Of a stretch of 64,000 nucleotides of DNA, positions 37,742 to 62,500 are shown piece by piece. The translations under genes were made by a program, and so were the position numbers. The stretch lies in assembly GCA_030141605.1 (NCBI GenBank), contig JAQGDQ010000070.1:372001-436000 (forward strand), written 5' to 3'. The notes beneath the pieces are model-generated. The model ran no database searches. It was not told where the DNA came from and saw only the letters and a list, made by a program, of their open reading frames with translations. The DNA is from Tubiluchus corallicola (Eukaryota; Animalia; Priapulida). The first letter of the stretch is position 1. Each line of letters starts with the position of its first letter.

Positions 37742-38638
37742 GGTGACCGGTAATAAGTCATAGGAAAAAAATCACAGAAAAAGTCACAATTTTGGCTAGA
37801 AAAGAAAGTCAAGAAAAATATCTAAGTTAGTCGCAATTTATTTAAGTGCCATAAACAATTAAAGTAATGAAATAGATTTTTTTTAAATCAGTTATTAGCT
37901 GGCTTATTGACATTTACATATTGAGAACGCCATTTGTATATGGTGGCATTACATGTATGTGAAAAAAATCACATTTAGTTCAATGTCTTAGGGTTAAGGT
38001 TATGGTCAGGGGTTAGGGTTATTTCTTTTTTCGCGTAACCTTTCCTGGGACTTTTATTCCTGTGACTTTTTTCTGTGATTTTTTTTACCTGAGAGTTTAT
38101 TACGTTTTCACAGCTCAACGACACCCTAACAGTTTATGTTTAATAACTGACACCAATTTACCTATTAAAATAACAAATGGAAGGGGACAGAGTGGGGGAG
38201 GAGGAGGAGACAGAACTGGCGGAAGCATCAATAAATCATGTGAGACTCAGCGAAATGTGGTGCACGAAAGCAGGGACAGATCGAAACGTAGTGAAACACG
38301 TGACGTGTTCAAGATACAGTATCATAATTTATTTACCGCATATACATCACTATAGAAGCACTAACAGCTGTCACAGTCTTAATTAGATTACGTTTGGTTA
38401 TGTGCATAACTACTATACAGTATACGAAACCAAAATGAATACAGGTAAAAAGGGTCACAAGTAAAAACGTCACCGGTAAAACAGCCACAGGAAAAAAGAA
38501 TGAAATAACCCTATCCCTACTCTTAACCCCTAACCTCAACCCCAGCTAAAATTAATTGACATCTTCCCGTCACTTTTTTCATAGCCAAAATTGTGATTTT
38601 TTCCATGACTTTTTCCTGTGACTTTATTACCGGTTACC
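37742..38638. mobile_element. Inverted pair of short elements (~37742-38090 and ~38440-38638) with AAAAGTCAC/GTGACTTTT subrepeats and degenerate TTAGGG motifs
   Basis: The outer ends GGTGACCGGTAATAAGTCATAGGAAAAA… and …TTTTTCCTGTGACTTTATTACCGGTTACC are reverse complements. The inner ends (…TTTTTACCTG and CAGGTAAAAA…) are also inverted. Confidence 0.65.
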
Positions 38639-40754
38639 ATTAAGATGATTGTAATAACTTCTTACTTAAATGCATATAATCTACTACCTACGCTTAAGCC
38701 AAATTGTAAATGATGTATCAAAATTGTAAATGGTGTATCAAAATTGTACCAAGACTCATGCAAAGTAACATGATTGAGTAACGGTGGCAATGGCCCTGGG
38801 TAGGCTATATGCTGCTGGGACTATCGGTTAGACAAACAAATGAACCAATAGGTTCTCTGTCATATTAGTGACCTGTTCTTACTAGATACTCCTAAACTGA
38901 ACACTATCAATAGGAGTGATATTCAAGATGACGATTATGATACATGATGATAAGCGATATTTCAATCATTTGCGGATAAACGTCATGCATTAAAGCATTG
39001 TCTTTTATTAGACTAACAAAATCTGTTATCTCTAGACTAATGTCGGCTAGAAAAGACATTCGATAGCGTAAAATACATATTTATTTTCCACTTGACCCAG
39101 TACAGCTTTAAGTTAACAAGAGTATGATAGGATTTCCTGCCTATGAAGTACGGCGAAGTGCGACATCCTTTACATGCAAGACTGGGATCATGTTAAGCCT
39201 AGTGAAACTAATTATTCGCGTCAACCGTCTTTTGCGTAAAAAATTATATAATCTGTTATAACTTATAGAACATGCAAGTGCAGATTATTATTATCACTGA
39301 AACAAAAATCAAAATTAATATGATTATATGATTTACAATAGATCCTGCTCTTTGTAAATGACTACTTTAACCTGATGCTAAATTGGCATGTCGCCGTTTA
39401 AGGGTTAATTAGTCGACGTGTCACGTGTTGCGCGTAGGTTCTGCTGAGCCTACAGCTCTAGCAGTTGACATTTATATGTGGAAGTCTCCTGGTTTTATTG
39501 TTACGAAGTGTTTGTTTCGTACTTGAGTGACTTTTACGTACGTTAAAGCGCTGTTGCATTAATGTGACAGTGTGGCAGAGTACAAATAATTGTTGTGGTT
39601 GACCACACGAGAATTATTCAAAAAGTCAAAGCTTACAAAAATCATAACTTTAACTCATTTTACTATTATCATGTTATATTCATAGTTAATACATATAAGT
39701 GCATGGCGTTTTATGAGGCTTCGTCATTGTTATGACGGCTGTTACCAGGCTGTACAAGCTTTGTGGAGGTGAGTTTGTATCGATCTATAGCCTATACAAT
39801 ATCCACTGTCCACATAACAATTACGATCAGTTTTGTGAAGGTGGAAGTTTCGAAATTCATGTTAATACGCTAAAATGTTATTAAAATCTTGATACTACTA
39901 TTATACTAGTGCAAAATTGATGGTAGTGATTAAGGCTAAGCTTATACTTTCGCAGTCTATATGCACTTGGAATCACACTATTGTGGATGGAACTTTGCTA
40001 AAAGTAATACTTCTTTGCAATCGGAAATCATAATTAATATTTATAGTGGTAGTCACAAGTGATACAAAATGACAGAAAGTATGTAAGACAGTAAACTGTT
40101 AGGGTTGTTCCTTTTTCACATTGTACTACTGTTTTTGAAAAGGTATGCTATGATTTCTTGCTCCTTGATTGCTTGAACAACTAGCTTCATCTTACCTTGG
40201 CTTTGAGCACAATTTATGGACTTTAAAATTATGCCTGCAGAAAGATCACATTTCATGCTTTTCATCTGTCCTGAATCCATGTGTTTTATACAGGTTACTT
40301 TGTTGAGATCCAAAAATCACTGTTATGGAACAAGTAATGTGCATTACTGACATGCACCTATAATGAGGTGTTGTAGAGTTCCTGCATTAATGTTGCAGAC
40401 ATTTATAAAAAAATCTTTTTACTGGACGATGCAAATCTGACTTTTAATGTAGACCAAAATGTATTCATGGGCAACTCTGTGCCACTGTGTGCAATGTGTA
40501 CTGCAGCATATATGCAAGTCGTTCTCTATTAAAATTCACTTGTGTGCTGAACAGAAAGTCCATTCGGACAATCTCAGAACGAATGCTCAGTGAGAAGTAA
40601 AGACATTTTTCTGAGTAATACACTCACATCCATGAACGTGGAGCTCAGGGGAGTCATTTTGTCACAATAACTGTTTACTGTAGTGTGTTTGCTGTACATT
40701 ATTATGTGTTTTACAGCATATTTTGTATTTTTCAGGTAATTAATTAGTTCAGGG

Positions 40755-51602
<10,848 letters not shown>

Positions 51603-53606
51603 GAAGGAAGACTCCTCGCTATTTCTATTACTTTAACACTTAAACTGACCAGGTAAAATGTCAGTATTTCCAAGTAACAGGTTTATATTCATTCCTGTTT
51701 ATTCATTTAGCCTTCTAGTCTATTAAAACCTCTTTAACAAGTTCTCTCCCAGTGTACTACTTCAATCTATGATAGTACCTATGACGTCAATATTATTATA
51801 TTTATGAAAAAAAATGTGAATATGTTGTTACAAAATGATGTAAAAAGTACTATTTATTTTTCCAATGTATTTATATCCATTGTGTAGATGTTCTAATTTA
51901 CGCAATCAAAAATATTGATTCCTTCATCTTTTTAGCTGCACAGTTTTTAAAGTACACGTGCGACAAAACTTCAAAATGGTGGTCACCAAATTTTGATGCT
52001 CACAGGGAAATTTCATTTGTTTAGAAATAGTTCAGGTTGTCTTAGAGCAGAGAGAAATCTACGAAACCCAGAAAGAAAGGCGTAGTGCCTATAAGGTGTA
52101 AATGAAATTATTCATTGTAAAATGCAGGGTTCGCGTGGCAAATTTAATGAAAATGGGTTTCATATTTAAGCTAACAATGAATAATTTACCATTTAAGTCC
52201 TTGCTGAACTGAATAATTGGTATGAAAGACTGTTACTTTTGATGCCTGCATTAAAGGGAATGTTTTGGGTGTTGAATGTTCTCACGTGCAAAAAAAAATC
52301 ACAAATTTTACACAATGTACAAAAACACAAATTTCTGCACCAGTTAACTTTCTTGCAGCTGCTTGATGTAAAAGTTGAAAATATACGGCTATATAAAAAG
52401 TATAAACTGCAGTTACTACACTTTTTCAGCTTAAATCAAAGCCACAGAACTGAATGCTTCATACTAGATAGCAGGGCCAACATTATACGCTGATATTGTG
52501 GCACGAGCTGAACATAGCGCACTGTCAAAAATCCCTAAAATGAAGCAGTGAACCAACAAAGATGACTAAGTGATTTCCCACTTGTGCACAAACAACTCAA
52601 ACACGTATTTAACAAATATGAGGGTGTCATCGGCAACTTTTTTCTTGTAAGAACTTTCAAATGCGAGAATTGGTTAAAATAAACTCAAGTGAGCAATAAC
52701 ATCCCAGAATGCAATAGTCTAGTATACGCATGTCATTGTATTTGAATTGGTAGAATGCAATAATCTATAGCCTAGTAGGACACATGCCGTCTGTTTGAAC
52801 TAGTAAGCACAAGAACAAGAACAGTGACTCAAGCAAGTACTAGCCATCTCATTTTGGGATGTAAAGGCTACCCTCGTTTGCAGGTAAGTCAATGAAATAA
52901 GAACCAGTGAAAGCTAAGAAAGGTAGAACTCTTCAAAGCTGCTAAAATTTGCATTCTCTCTGCACTTTTCCCACAAAAGCTCTTGCTTTTAAGGACGATA
53001 AGGTGATTTTAAATTACCTGCAATCAAGCAGAACTCATTACTGTTAATTAATTGTGCTGGCAACACCATTAGCAGCTTCCATAAAGCTAATGTCAAATGC
53101 ATCTTTACCTGTAGTTGATATGTGTGCGCATGGCTGAACCAACATACAGTTTACGCGTAGTGTTTATTGATGGTGACATTTACATTGCGAACTATACACA
53201 CACAGGTGGGGGAGACAGGTAGCATAATGGTAATCAATAGCACCGTATCCTGGATATGTGCATTGATGTGCATTTCTATTGTTAATGCACAAGTTTTAGT
53301 TTAAGAGAACGACGATTTCCATCTAAATAATAAATTTGTTTAACTAACTTACCACTTGACTTTGTAATGGGATGTACAAAATGCCACAAGCAGCATTAAC
53401 TTCTGACTGTATAAATGCTGAACACCTGAAGAGCAATTCGTCTATAAAAGTAATTATGAATGAGCTCAGTGAATGTTCGTTCTTTGTTAACTGTACCAAA
53501 ACAAATCTAATCAGTTTTATTTTTTAATGCCCAAAGATATGTATATGAAAAAATATAGTAAAACATGTTGTCAAATCAACCACAAATCAAAGATTTAATA
53601 TAAGTA

Positions 53607-54135
53607 CAGGGTGGTACGTGACCTTTTGTTAGGGTGGTGCAGAAACAACGAACAACAGTACAGAATAATTTCTAACATGAAAGTATTGCTAAGTCGATTG
53701 CAAACCTATTATGCCATCAATATTTTATGGGGATGTGTTTTGCATCTTGCTCAGCCTTCATTCTTGAGTAGTGACCTGAAAACTGTGGTATTAAATATTT
53801 TTTATTGAACCAAACGGCTTGAATTCACCAGACCTCGATAATGCCAAACACTTTGAAGCTATCCTGAAAGACAGCATGGACGGTTAGATCATACAAAAAT
53901 GTGATCGATCAGTATTCGGCAGATAAGTTTGTGAGCATCTGCAAAGTGTGTTGGAAGATCTTGACTTCTTCGAATCACTGCTCTCAAGATTGCAGGCTGT
54001 GTGAAATGTGTGTGGCTTTCACACCAGATTGAAGGCATTATAGTTTGAACAATACTCTAGTAATGCAAACAATCAAATAATTCAGTACTGTTACTCGTTT
54101 CTGAACCCCCTTCTTAAAAGTTATGTACTACCCTG
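53607..54135 (+). mobile_element. Internally deleted Tc1/mariner element, 529 bp
   Basis: TA-CAGGGTGGTAC… and …GTACTACCCTG-TA termini. The interior has remnants resembling a mariner transposase C-terminus (…ILWGCV…, …FEQ…). Confidence 0.7.
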
Positions 54136-56545
54136 TATAATTGTTGATGACTGTCTTTGATGAGGGCTTTTAATTAGGTAATTATTACAAGTATTTCAGA
54201 CTTTCCAGTCAGAAAACTTGCATTCCAATAATAAAAGATACGAAAAGGGGCAAATAAGAAAAATTCCAATTAAATTACATGTCTAATAAACAGTAATAAT
54301 GTATGTTAAGCTACTTTTAGACAGACAAAATTTTGTGATTTATTCTAAATTAGCATATTGTTGCTGTGTTACTGTTGTTATGCTTCAGTCACACAATTTT
54401 GTGATACGAAGAATTATTAATTTTTAATTCTTACACTTGGTTGCCATTGCAAAGATTTTCTAGACACAAATTGTAGATTGTAGTTTTTTGCTTGAAAACT
54501 TGTCCCATACATTCTGTAGCAACGTAAAATGTCTTTTAGCACTGGTTAATTAATAGCTGTAATGATATTGAATTTTTAATTTATTTTTATGGAATTTTTA
54601 AATTTGACAATGGATTTTTACGTACAGAATCACTATAAATACTATTTATTACTTTAAATGAAAATACTGTTAAGTTACTGTGAAAGATAACTTACCACAA
54701 GGCACAAAGCAGCTCTTTGGAACAGGTGCACACTATATATTTATTTGTGTACATAAAAACTGTTACTGGTATTTTCATTGAACTGATAATTGCTGAAATA
54801 AATGACAACTTTTCCTTTAATGAGTGTAAAGTTTCCTTTTTCATTATACCATTAAAATTGCTATTCAATTTTAACACCCAAAGTGGTTTGGACTCCTGCC
54901 AGAGGCAAGATGATCCCGAGCTTTCTATGTTTCACACTCATTTTTACACCAAATGGTTGGTAGGTCTGATACAGTAATAAGAATTTATTAATAAAACTTG
55001 GGACAACCAACATTGCGTAACACCTTTCTTCCCAAAAAATGGAACATTGCATAATAATGTTCCGCCCAAAAAAATGAACCAAAAGGCTAAATGAAATGAA
55101 AAATTTTGCTCAAGTACAATCTAGTTTAAAACTAGAGATTAGAGAATTGTAAAATCATTAGCTGCAATGGCCATCATTCCTGTTTAGCCGTACTCAGCAT
55201 TGTGCTGTCTTTCAAATTTTAATCATTCTCCTCCTTCGGGAAGGCCATCTAAGAAGGAACAATTTCGTTAGAGAGTTTCACACCATGAATATTTAATAAT
55301 GCACGCATCATTAATATTTCACCAAATGCTGTGGTATTCTAAGGCACCTTAAATGCATTTTGTTGACTGTAACGTATCGGATAAAATGGGCTGCACTGCA
55401 GTGAAAAAACGTTAGTAATCAACCGTGGGATTGCACACGTGCAAACACGCAGTGTTTAGGCTCTTCTATTAAGAAATCAAAGGATGTAATATGTCACTTG
55501 ACACAATTGCAGTTTATACAGGCAACCCTGTAATGAATCAGCAGTTTTAAAAGCAAACGCCAAAGGTGCCGATTGTAAAACACTTTATTATCACGCGTGA
55601 TATTGAAGGAAAATGTAGACTTACAGAATTTCTTTAAAGTGCATAGTTGCTCACACACTGAACAAATGTTTGCTGAGAAATCTAGACAGGCAGCCATAAT
55701 AACTATGATCTACAATCGTATCAAAAATGTCATGTTACGACCAACATGATTCTAAGTCGATAAAACCAACATCGAGCCACAATAAAACCAACAATAGAGA
55801 GACTGTTTATAATTTTTTTTTACTGTAACACCAGTGGTGGCTTAGTACCATCTATCAGAGAATATCAGCTATACTTAAACTGCATCTATACAATTTTTCA
55901 CCCCATTTAACAAACAAAAACCACATTGATACATTGCTAAGCATATCACGTTCACGTCAAGACAATGACGTATGACGTTTAAGGCTACTTTAAAGCCTTA
56001 ATAATACAGTACAAAAGAGACATATCTTGTTTCACGATTCAGATAGACCATTATATTTTATAGAAACAATTTATTATAAACCAATGGTGATTACTAATTT
56101 GCCTTTCATCCTCTTTTGCAAAACCTCTATCAAAACATTATAAGCAATCTTGTGTAAGACAAGCATCGTGTTACAACCATAGTACTGTTCTACAACTAAG
56201 TCTTCTTACATTTCATGATTCACATGGACCACCAAATTGAATATTAATTTTTTTACTACAGCATCAATGGTGACAAGTACACTAAACCGTACTTCACAAA
56301 AACTTATCAAGACAATACTGAGCTTATCATGTTTAAGACAAGTTTGGTTTTATAGCTTCAATGCTGTTCTACAACTGAGACAAGCTACATGATTCCATAC
56401 ATATGTATTATTGTTACTAAAAATTGGTACCATAGAACCTTCAATGCTATCAATACTAAAATAAAACAACACATTACCTCCATTTCATATCACAAGTTAA
56501 ACAGAAAAATATAACACATTTGTCATAGCAACCTCAGTTTCCAAA

Positions 56546-59500
56546 TCAAAACAGTACCTCCATCTGTTTTGCTTCACTCATCGCGATGTATTCTGGCAGT
56601 TTATCACTGGCACACCGGAATCCTAAATTTTGTGCAGAGCTATCTGGCGTGTTCTGACTTCGAGCCGCACAACGGTAGCGGTAGCACCATGCCTATAACA
56701 AAAACACAATTGGGTTACAAGTGGGTGATCTAAAAATACAAAATGCAAAGCTAGATACAGTTTATAATTATCTTTCACTAGAAACTGCATAAATTATCAC
56801 CCACTTGTAACACTAGTCATTTTGATTACTGTAACCCTCCCTTTAGTCTCTTATATTGTTCTATAAAGATATATTTCAAGATTGTTCTGCAAAATTCACT
56901 ACAGAGCATTCAAAATCAGGCAGCTAGGGAAATTTTGTACAATTGGGAAATTTCATCTTTTACACTGGCTGCCTATCAGACGTAGAATTACGTTTAAAAT
57001 TTTATGCTTGGTATATAAATGTTTACATACTATGGTTGTGTACCAAGTCATTTATCAAATTTTCTTAAAGTAAAAGCTTTCTCAGTTCGGACATGCTTCA
57101 GTGCTCAGATTTCACTCTAGAAGTACCCATTACTCGTAGTAAAACTTCTGCAGACAGATCTTTTTCTGTCGCTCGCCCCAGAGAGTAGAAAAAATTCCCA
57201 CTTGATTTGCGGTGTTGCACAAAATATGATGTGTTAAAAAAGCTCAAGACTCGCCTGTTCATTTTAGCCTTTTCGAACTAAGTTTGTTACAACTATTGTA
57301 CAATTTCTTATTGTGTCCTCACTGTACAGGGTCTAGTTTAAATTCACTGGGTTTTAATGTGATCTGTTTAAATTTTAACTACGTATAACGCTGGTTCTGT
57401 TGCTAGGAGCCACAGAATGCTACTTGTAATTAATGGTGTGGTACAAATTTTTGTAAATATAATACAAGTGTGTTGTGGCATTGGCATAACACGGTGTTAA
57501 AGAGTAAGTACGACAATCCAAGATTCCAATTTTAAAAATAAAGTTTACGAGTTTTTAGCAAGTAGCCAAAAAACTACTAGACTTGTGGGTTACAATCTGT
57601 GAGTTATAGCATCGAAAATCAATACAACATCTTAAATACCATTTCATTTCGTTAATAATTCATGGTTTGGTTGATAGTCCAACCAGGGAACGTTTACCGT
57701 CTTTCTCGTGACATTACAACAAAATTGGGTAACTGATGAAAATTGTTTAAAAAAAACTAATGATCAGACTAATCAGTAGAAAAACTTCCTGCATGACAAA
57801 AGTTTCACTATCCCTAAACAAATGTTTCAAAGAAATTTAAACAGTGTCAAGTCGAAAGGGACATTACTACAGGAATGACAAAAACAAAATTGGGAATAAT
57901 TGCTGCAGATAAAGTCAAGTTCCTGAAATAAAAACAAAAAATGCTCCCCTCGCTGTTGCTTCAAGTACAAATAATGTCTGGTCCTTACCTTTGTACACAT
58001 AAATGAACCACCCTTCTTCACCTTATCCTTTCCATTAAGAGGCCCAGTCTGCAACAATCGACAAACATAAATATATAAATAAACACAATGCACTTTTATA
58101 AACATAAATACATTTCATTCTAAAAGCAACAATCACATTACAATCAGAATACAAGGTGGTTTAAACGAGAATCAAAAGATTTAAATTAGTCACAACATAA
58201 AAAAAGGCAATAATTATCGCTTACATTACGTATACAACTGTAAGAATTGACGGATCTACACTGATTATTCTTACGTCAATCTTTTTGATGTAACTGTTCA
58301 TATGGTTACAGAACATAATTTAGCCAATAATCTAGCAAAAATCAGGTATGTAAATACTATAATTTGCAAACATTCTTTAACCAACATTGCAAAAGTCTTC
58401 GTCACTCATGAAAGAAAGTTTCTTTTTCTCCAATAACGCATTACCATAGATTAGACTCTCTAATGACACCCCAATACTACAAAGCTCTAGCATTCATTAG
58501 CCTAATAACATCCAATTGTCCTGTTGAACGTAACTAAGGATTCATGCCTCAACGAGCACTTATATAAGTTTTGAAACTGGTAGGCACACACTTGCCCAAT
58601 AAAGCGTAAAATAACAAAAATTCAGTGCCTTTGATTCTCAATAAAATGCATTTCCATTTTACAATTTGATTTCTTTTTTCATTTCAAAATGGCAAATTCC
58701 TGTAACGGTGCTAAACCACCCCGATAAATAAACATAGTCAATTTTAAGCAAAACTTACTGGATTCTTTTGAAATTCGGTTGTATGTCGGACATGCCACCA
58801 ATCAGCGGTCCACTCCCACACATTGCCCACGATGTTCTTCAAACCATATTTGGTAGGAGGAAATGCCGTGACCTTAAAAAGTGAAGTTAACAATAAATCA
58901 TGCTGGTGCTCTGGAGTGTTATGAAGTATTAAAAATCATCTTGTTTTTAACAAAACTGTTATTGACTGAAGCTAGGTACAGCAATTAATACTTAGATTTA
59001 AGTCTTAAATGATAAACAATTTCTAAAAATACATGAAAAGCAAAAAGTTATGATAGTACAGCATTTATTTGACAAAACTACCACGAGATAGCAGCACAAA
59101 TTGATATCAAAGAACTATAATTAGTAACGCCCACTAATTGCAGACGCAAAATTATTTATCATAATTAGCCAACTACATAGGACAAATTTTAAAGAAGGCA
59201 TGCCACAACCTTACATGTACAAAGTTTTTCAATATCTATACCACAAAATTACTCTTTCTACAAGTGAAAAAATTTAATCTTTGGCAGAAGTGCCATCTCA
59301 ACTTAAAAACATCCTAACCATGTAAACTGGTTTGTGACACATCCTTTCTGTTCAAAGCCCTAATAAATTAACGGAAGAAAGATAATTCATAATTTACCGG
59401 TGCTAATCCAGCATACCCATCCTCTGCTGTATTTTCATCCGGAAATTTTCCCTCGGGTTGCCAAATGTTTGCTCTATATTCGTTTTTGGGCGTCCATTTA

Positions 59501-62500
59501 TTCCCCCATGGATATAACCTGCAGAATTCAATTGTCTTTTACTTTTAACCTTTCACAGGGTATGTGACATTTGAGCACTGGACGCTTGAGCACAAGACAT
59601 TTGAGCACCAATAAAATCTAATGTTGTGCCTAATTTGTTGTTTTTGTTCATTGAATTTTTGGTGATGCACTATTTTCGTAACTCTAGCAACAATTTATAA
59701 GACTGCTTCACTAAAGTTAACATGTGCAGTAACGTAATATCATAAAAAATTAAAACCAGTCAATTGACTCTGCACGTCTTTGCAAAAGGTGTGCTAATAA
59801 TTATACATTCAGAGCAATGTTTTTACAGTTGTTTCCACTTTTAGTTACATAATCGTATTCACGAAAATAATCAATACTTTTCACAAATTCAAAAATTTTA
59901 GATGTGTTAAAAATTGTGTGAATTAATGGATGAGGATTCTCCTGACTTTAGTCTAACAGCCCAGGATGATTGATAGCGCAATCAAGGCATACTCAACACA
60001 GAAAATTTCTCAGGTGGCCGAGTCCCATTACATTAACAATGCACCCAGCAGCGTGTGCATGCGCTGACACCCAAATGTCTTGTATCCAAATATATGGCCT
60101 GTCCTTCCTTTCACAAATGCATGAAATAGATGACTGTCAACTATTAGTAACACAAAAAATTTTAAATGAAGCATTAGCAACCTGTGTGCTTTTCAGAAAA
60201 AGGGAAGACTTGAAAGTAACTACGGTACTTTCGACTAAAATACTGACGTTAATTTTCAAGACAGACGCCACTCTACCAATTGCCATAAAGGTCACAAGAA
60301 TGTGTGCACATGTGTAAATTGCGAATTTTCCAATCTCTAAGTTTACATTAAAATGACTTCTCCTACTGAATGTGCAGTAAGCGCTACTCAAACTGGTGTG
60401 CATAAGTGGGTGCATCAAACCTTCCAGATCACAGACACTTGGAAAATTAAGCAACGAGCAAATGTCGTTTTGACCAAACTAGGATAACCTTTTGACCCTT
60501 TTTTGCGCTTAAGCTATTTAGGCAAAACTGGTAAAACAAAAGTGAAAACTCACGTTGCATCAATTTATAAAAATTCTTCCATAAAAGTTAGCAGAACACG
60601 TAAGCAAACACTCCACAGGCAGAGGGAATAGCCAGGATAATTACTGTGTGTGATGGGCAACTGAGATTAAGCAATGCGTAGCCTGGTCAGTAAATGGATG
60701 GTTAACAGCCGGGTTCAAATAATCGTTCTGGGCAGTTTCATCTGTCACAGTACTTGTGGATCATTACCTCAGTGAGACATGTAGTATTCATATTTGTAGG
60801 TGTAAATGTGACTAATGCACCTCTGCTATTTCAATCTCATCTAGAAGGATTACGTTTGATAATGTCCTAGGTTCCACTCCCGCCAAGATTATCTACATCG
60901 AGTAAGCCCAGTTTGGTGAGTGTTGGATCCCAGCTTGCACATGGTCAAACTGTATGAAAAAATAACTGGATTTTCAACAGCCTACCTGTTTTCTAGGCCA
61001 CTCCTACAGGCATACTCCCACTCGGCTTCAGTTGGTAGTCGTTTCTCAGCCCACTTGCAATATGCTACAGCATCATTCCATGACACATGTATTACAGGAT
61101 GGTCCATCCTAAATTACATGTCAGACTGCTTAGATATCACATTTCAATTACTGCTACGGTAGATATTTACAAGTAAACGGTTTTATAAACAATTTTTGTT
61201 AAGTATTCTAAACATCAGGTTCAAATCATTAGACTTCAATTACTTCAAACAGTGGAGTACCTGAATAATAAGAAACATCATAAAGCAGAAGTCATGTTTA
61301 TAATCTTTTAAAATAAACCTCACAATAATATAGAACCAAAAATCTCACTTGACTGTCTTTCAGAAACTTTACCTGTCACATTAACATATTACAGAAACTA
61401 AAAATTACAATAAGAACGTGAAGTATTTCAAACAGTTTATTTTAAATTTTGATCACCCAGCTTGTGTTACATGATTCGGTATTCTCTCGACTTTCCTTAG
61501 ATACATTCTAAATAATATCTTTGTACATGATGTCATTGTATGCAATATCACTATCATTAAGCTTAGGCACTTAGTTTTACAACAAATAAACAGCAAGGTG
61601 CAGTACTTAGATGTTAAGCTACTGGACAACTTTGTATTGAATGCACCCAGTTCAATGATATTTTAACCTGCTATTACCTTCCAGAAATGTTCGTATCGGG
61701 ACCTTCCGGATGTTTCCAATTGGCATTTTTCACTGGCAACCACCAGGGCGCAGCCTTCACAGCCTGTGTTATGTCCTTCTTTACTTCTTCGCTAATCATG
61801 ACATCAAGTACGAATGTATCACCAAATACTTCTGCCTGAAAACAGAAATGTGAGCATGTAAATGAATTATATTGTTCTCCAGTGTGGACAATGCTTTTTC
61901 TTATAGTTTTGCAAACAGTGAGTTTTTCTACAGTGTGAACATTGTGACAGCCAATGTACCAGTCAAGAATTAAAATAATATATTAAGCGCATGCAATGTG
62001 TGCATTTATGTAACAAATTAAAGTACGCAATTCCGAGTATACGACATTTCTACAAAACAATTTAAGTTAAACCACAAAGGTTTTATGGATCGAAAAAATT
62101 TCTTTTATTCTTTTATGTTAGAAATCTGCCTGTCCAATGTCTACAAGAAACATAATGGACATACGATGATGAATTGTCAGCATAACTGTATAGACGTAAA
62201 CAGCTGTTAAAAATGAATAAACAACTGATGGAACATACGGTAAAACAATTTCTTTTTCAAAGGGGCAAGCTATTAGTCAGTGTGTAGCAATACTTTGAAA
62301 AGTGTCATAAAAAACATGAAAAAGTACATTACTTACCTCGGTCTTATGTCCCTTTGCATTGATAAATAATTCAAATTCAGCATTGCTTACTTCATGCACA
62401 TCCATCCAGAACGAATCCACCGCCGTCCGCCGCTGAGGTCCCTCTCCGTCTCCAATATGGTGCTGCTCATTTGTACCCATTAGAAACTCGCCGCCCTTAA

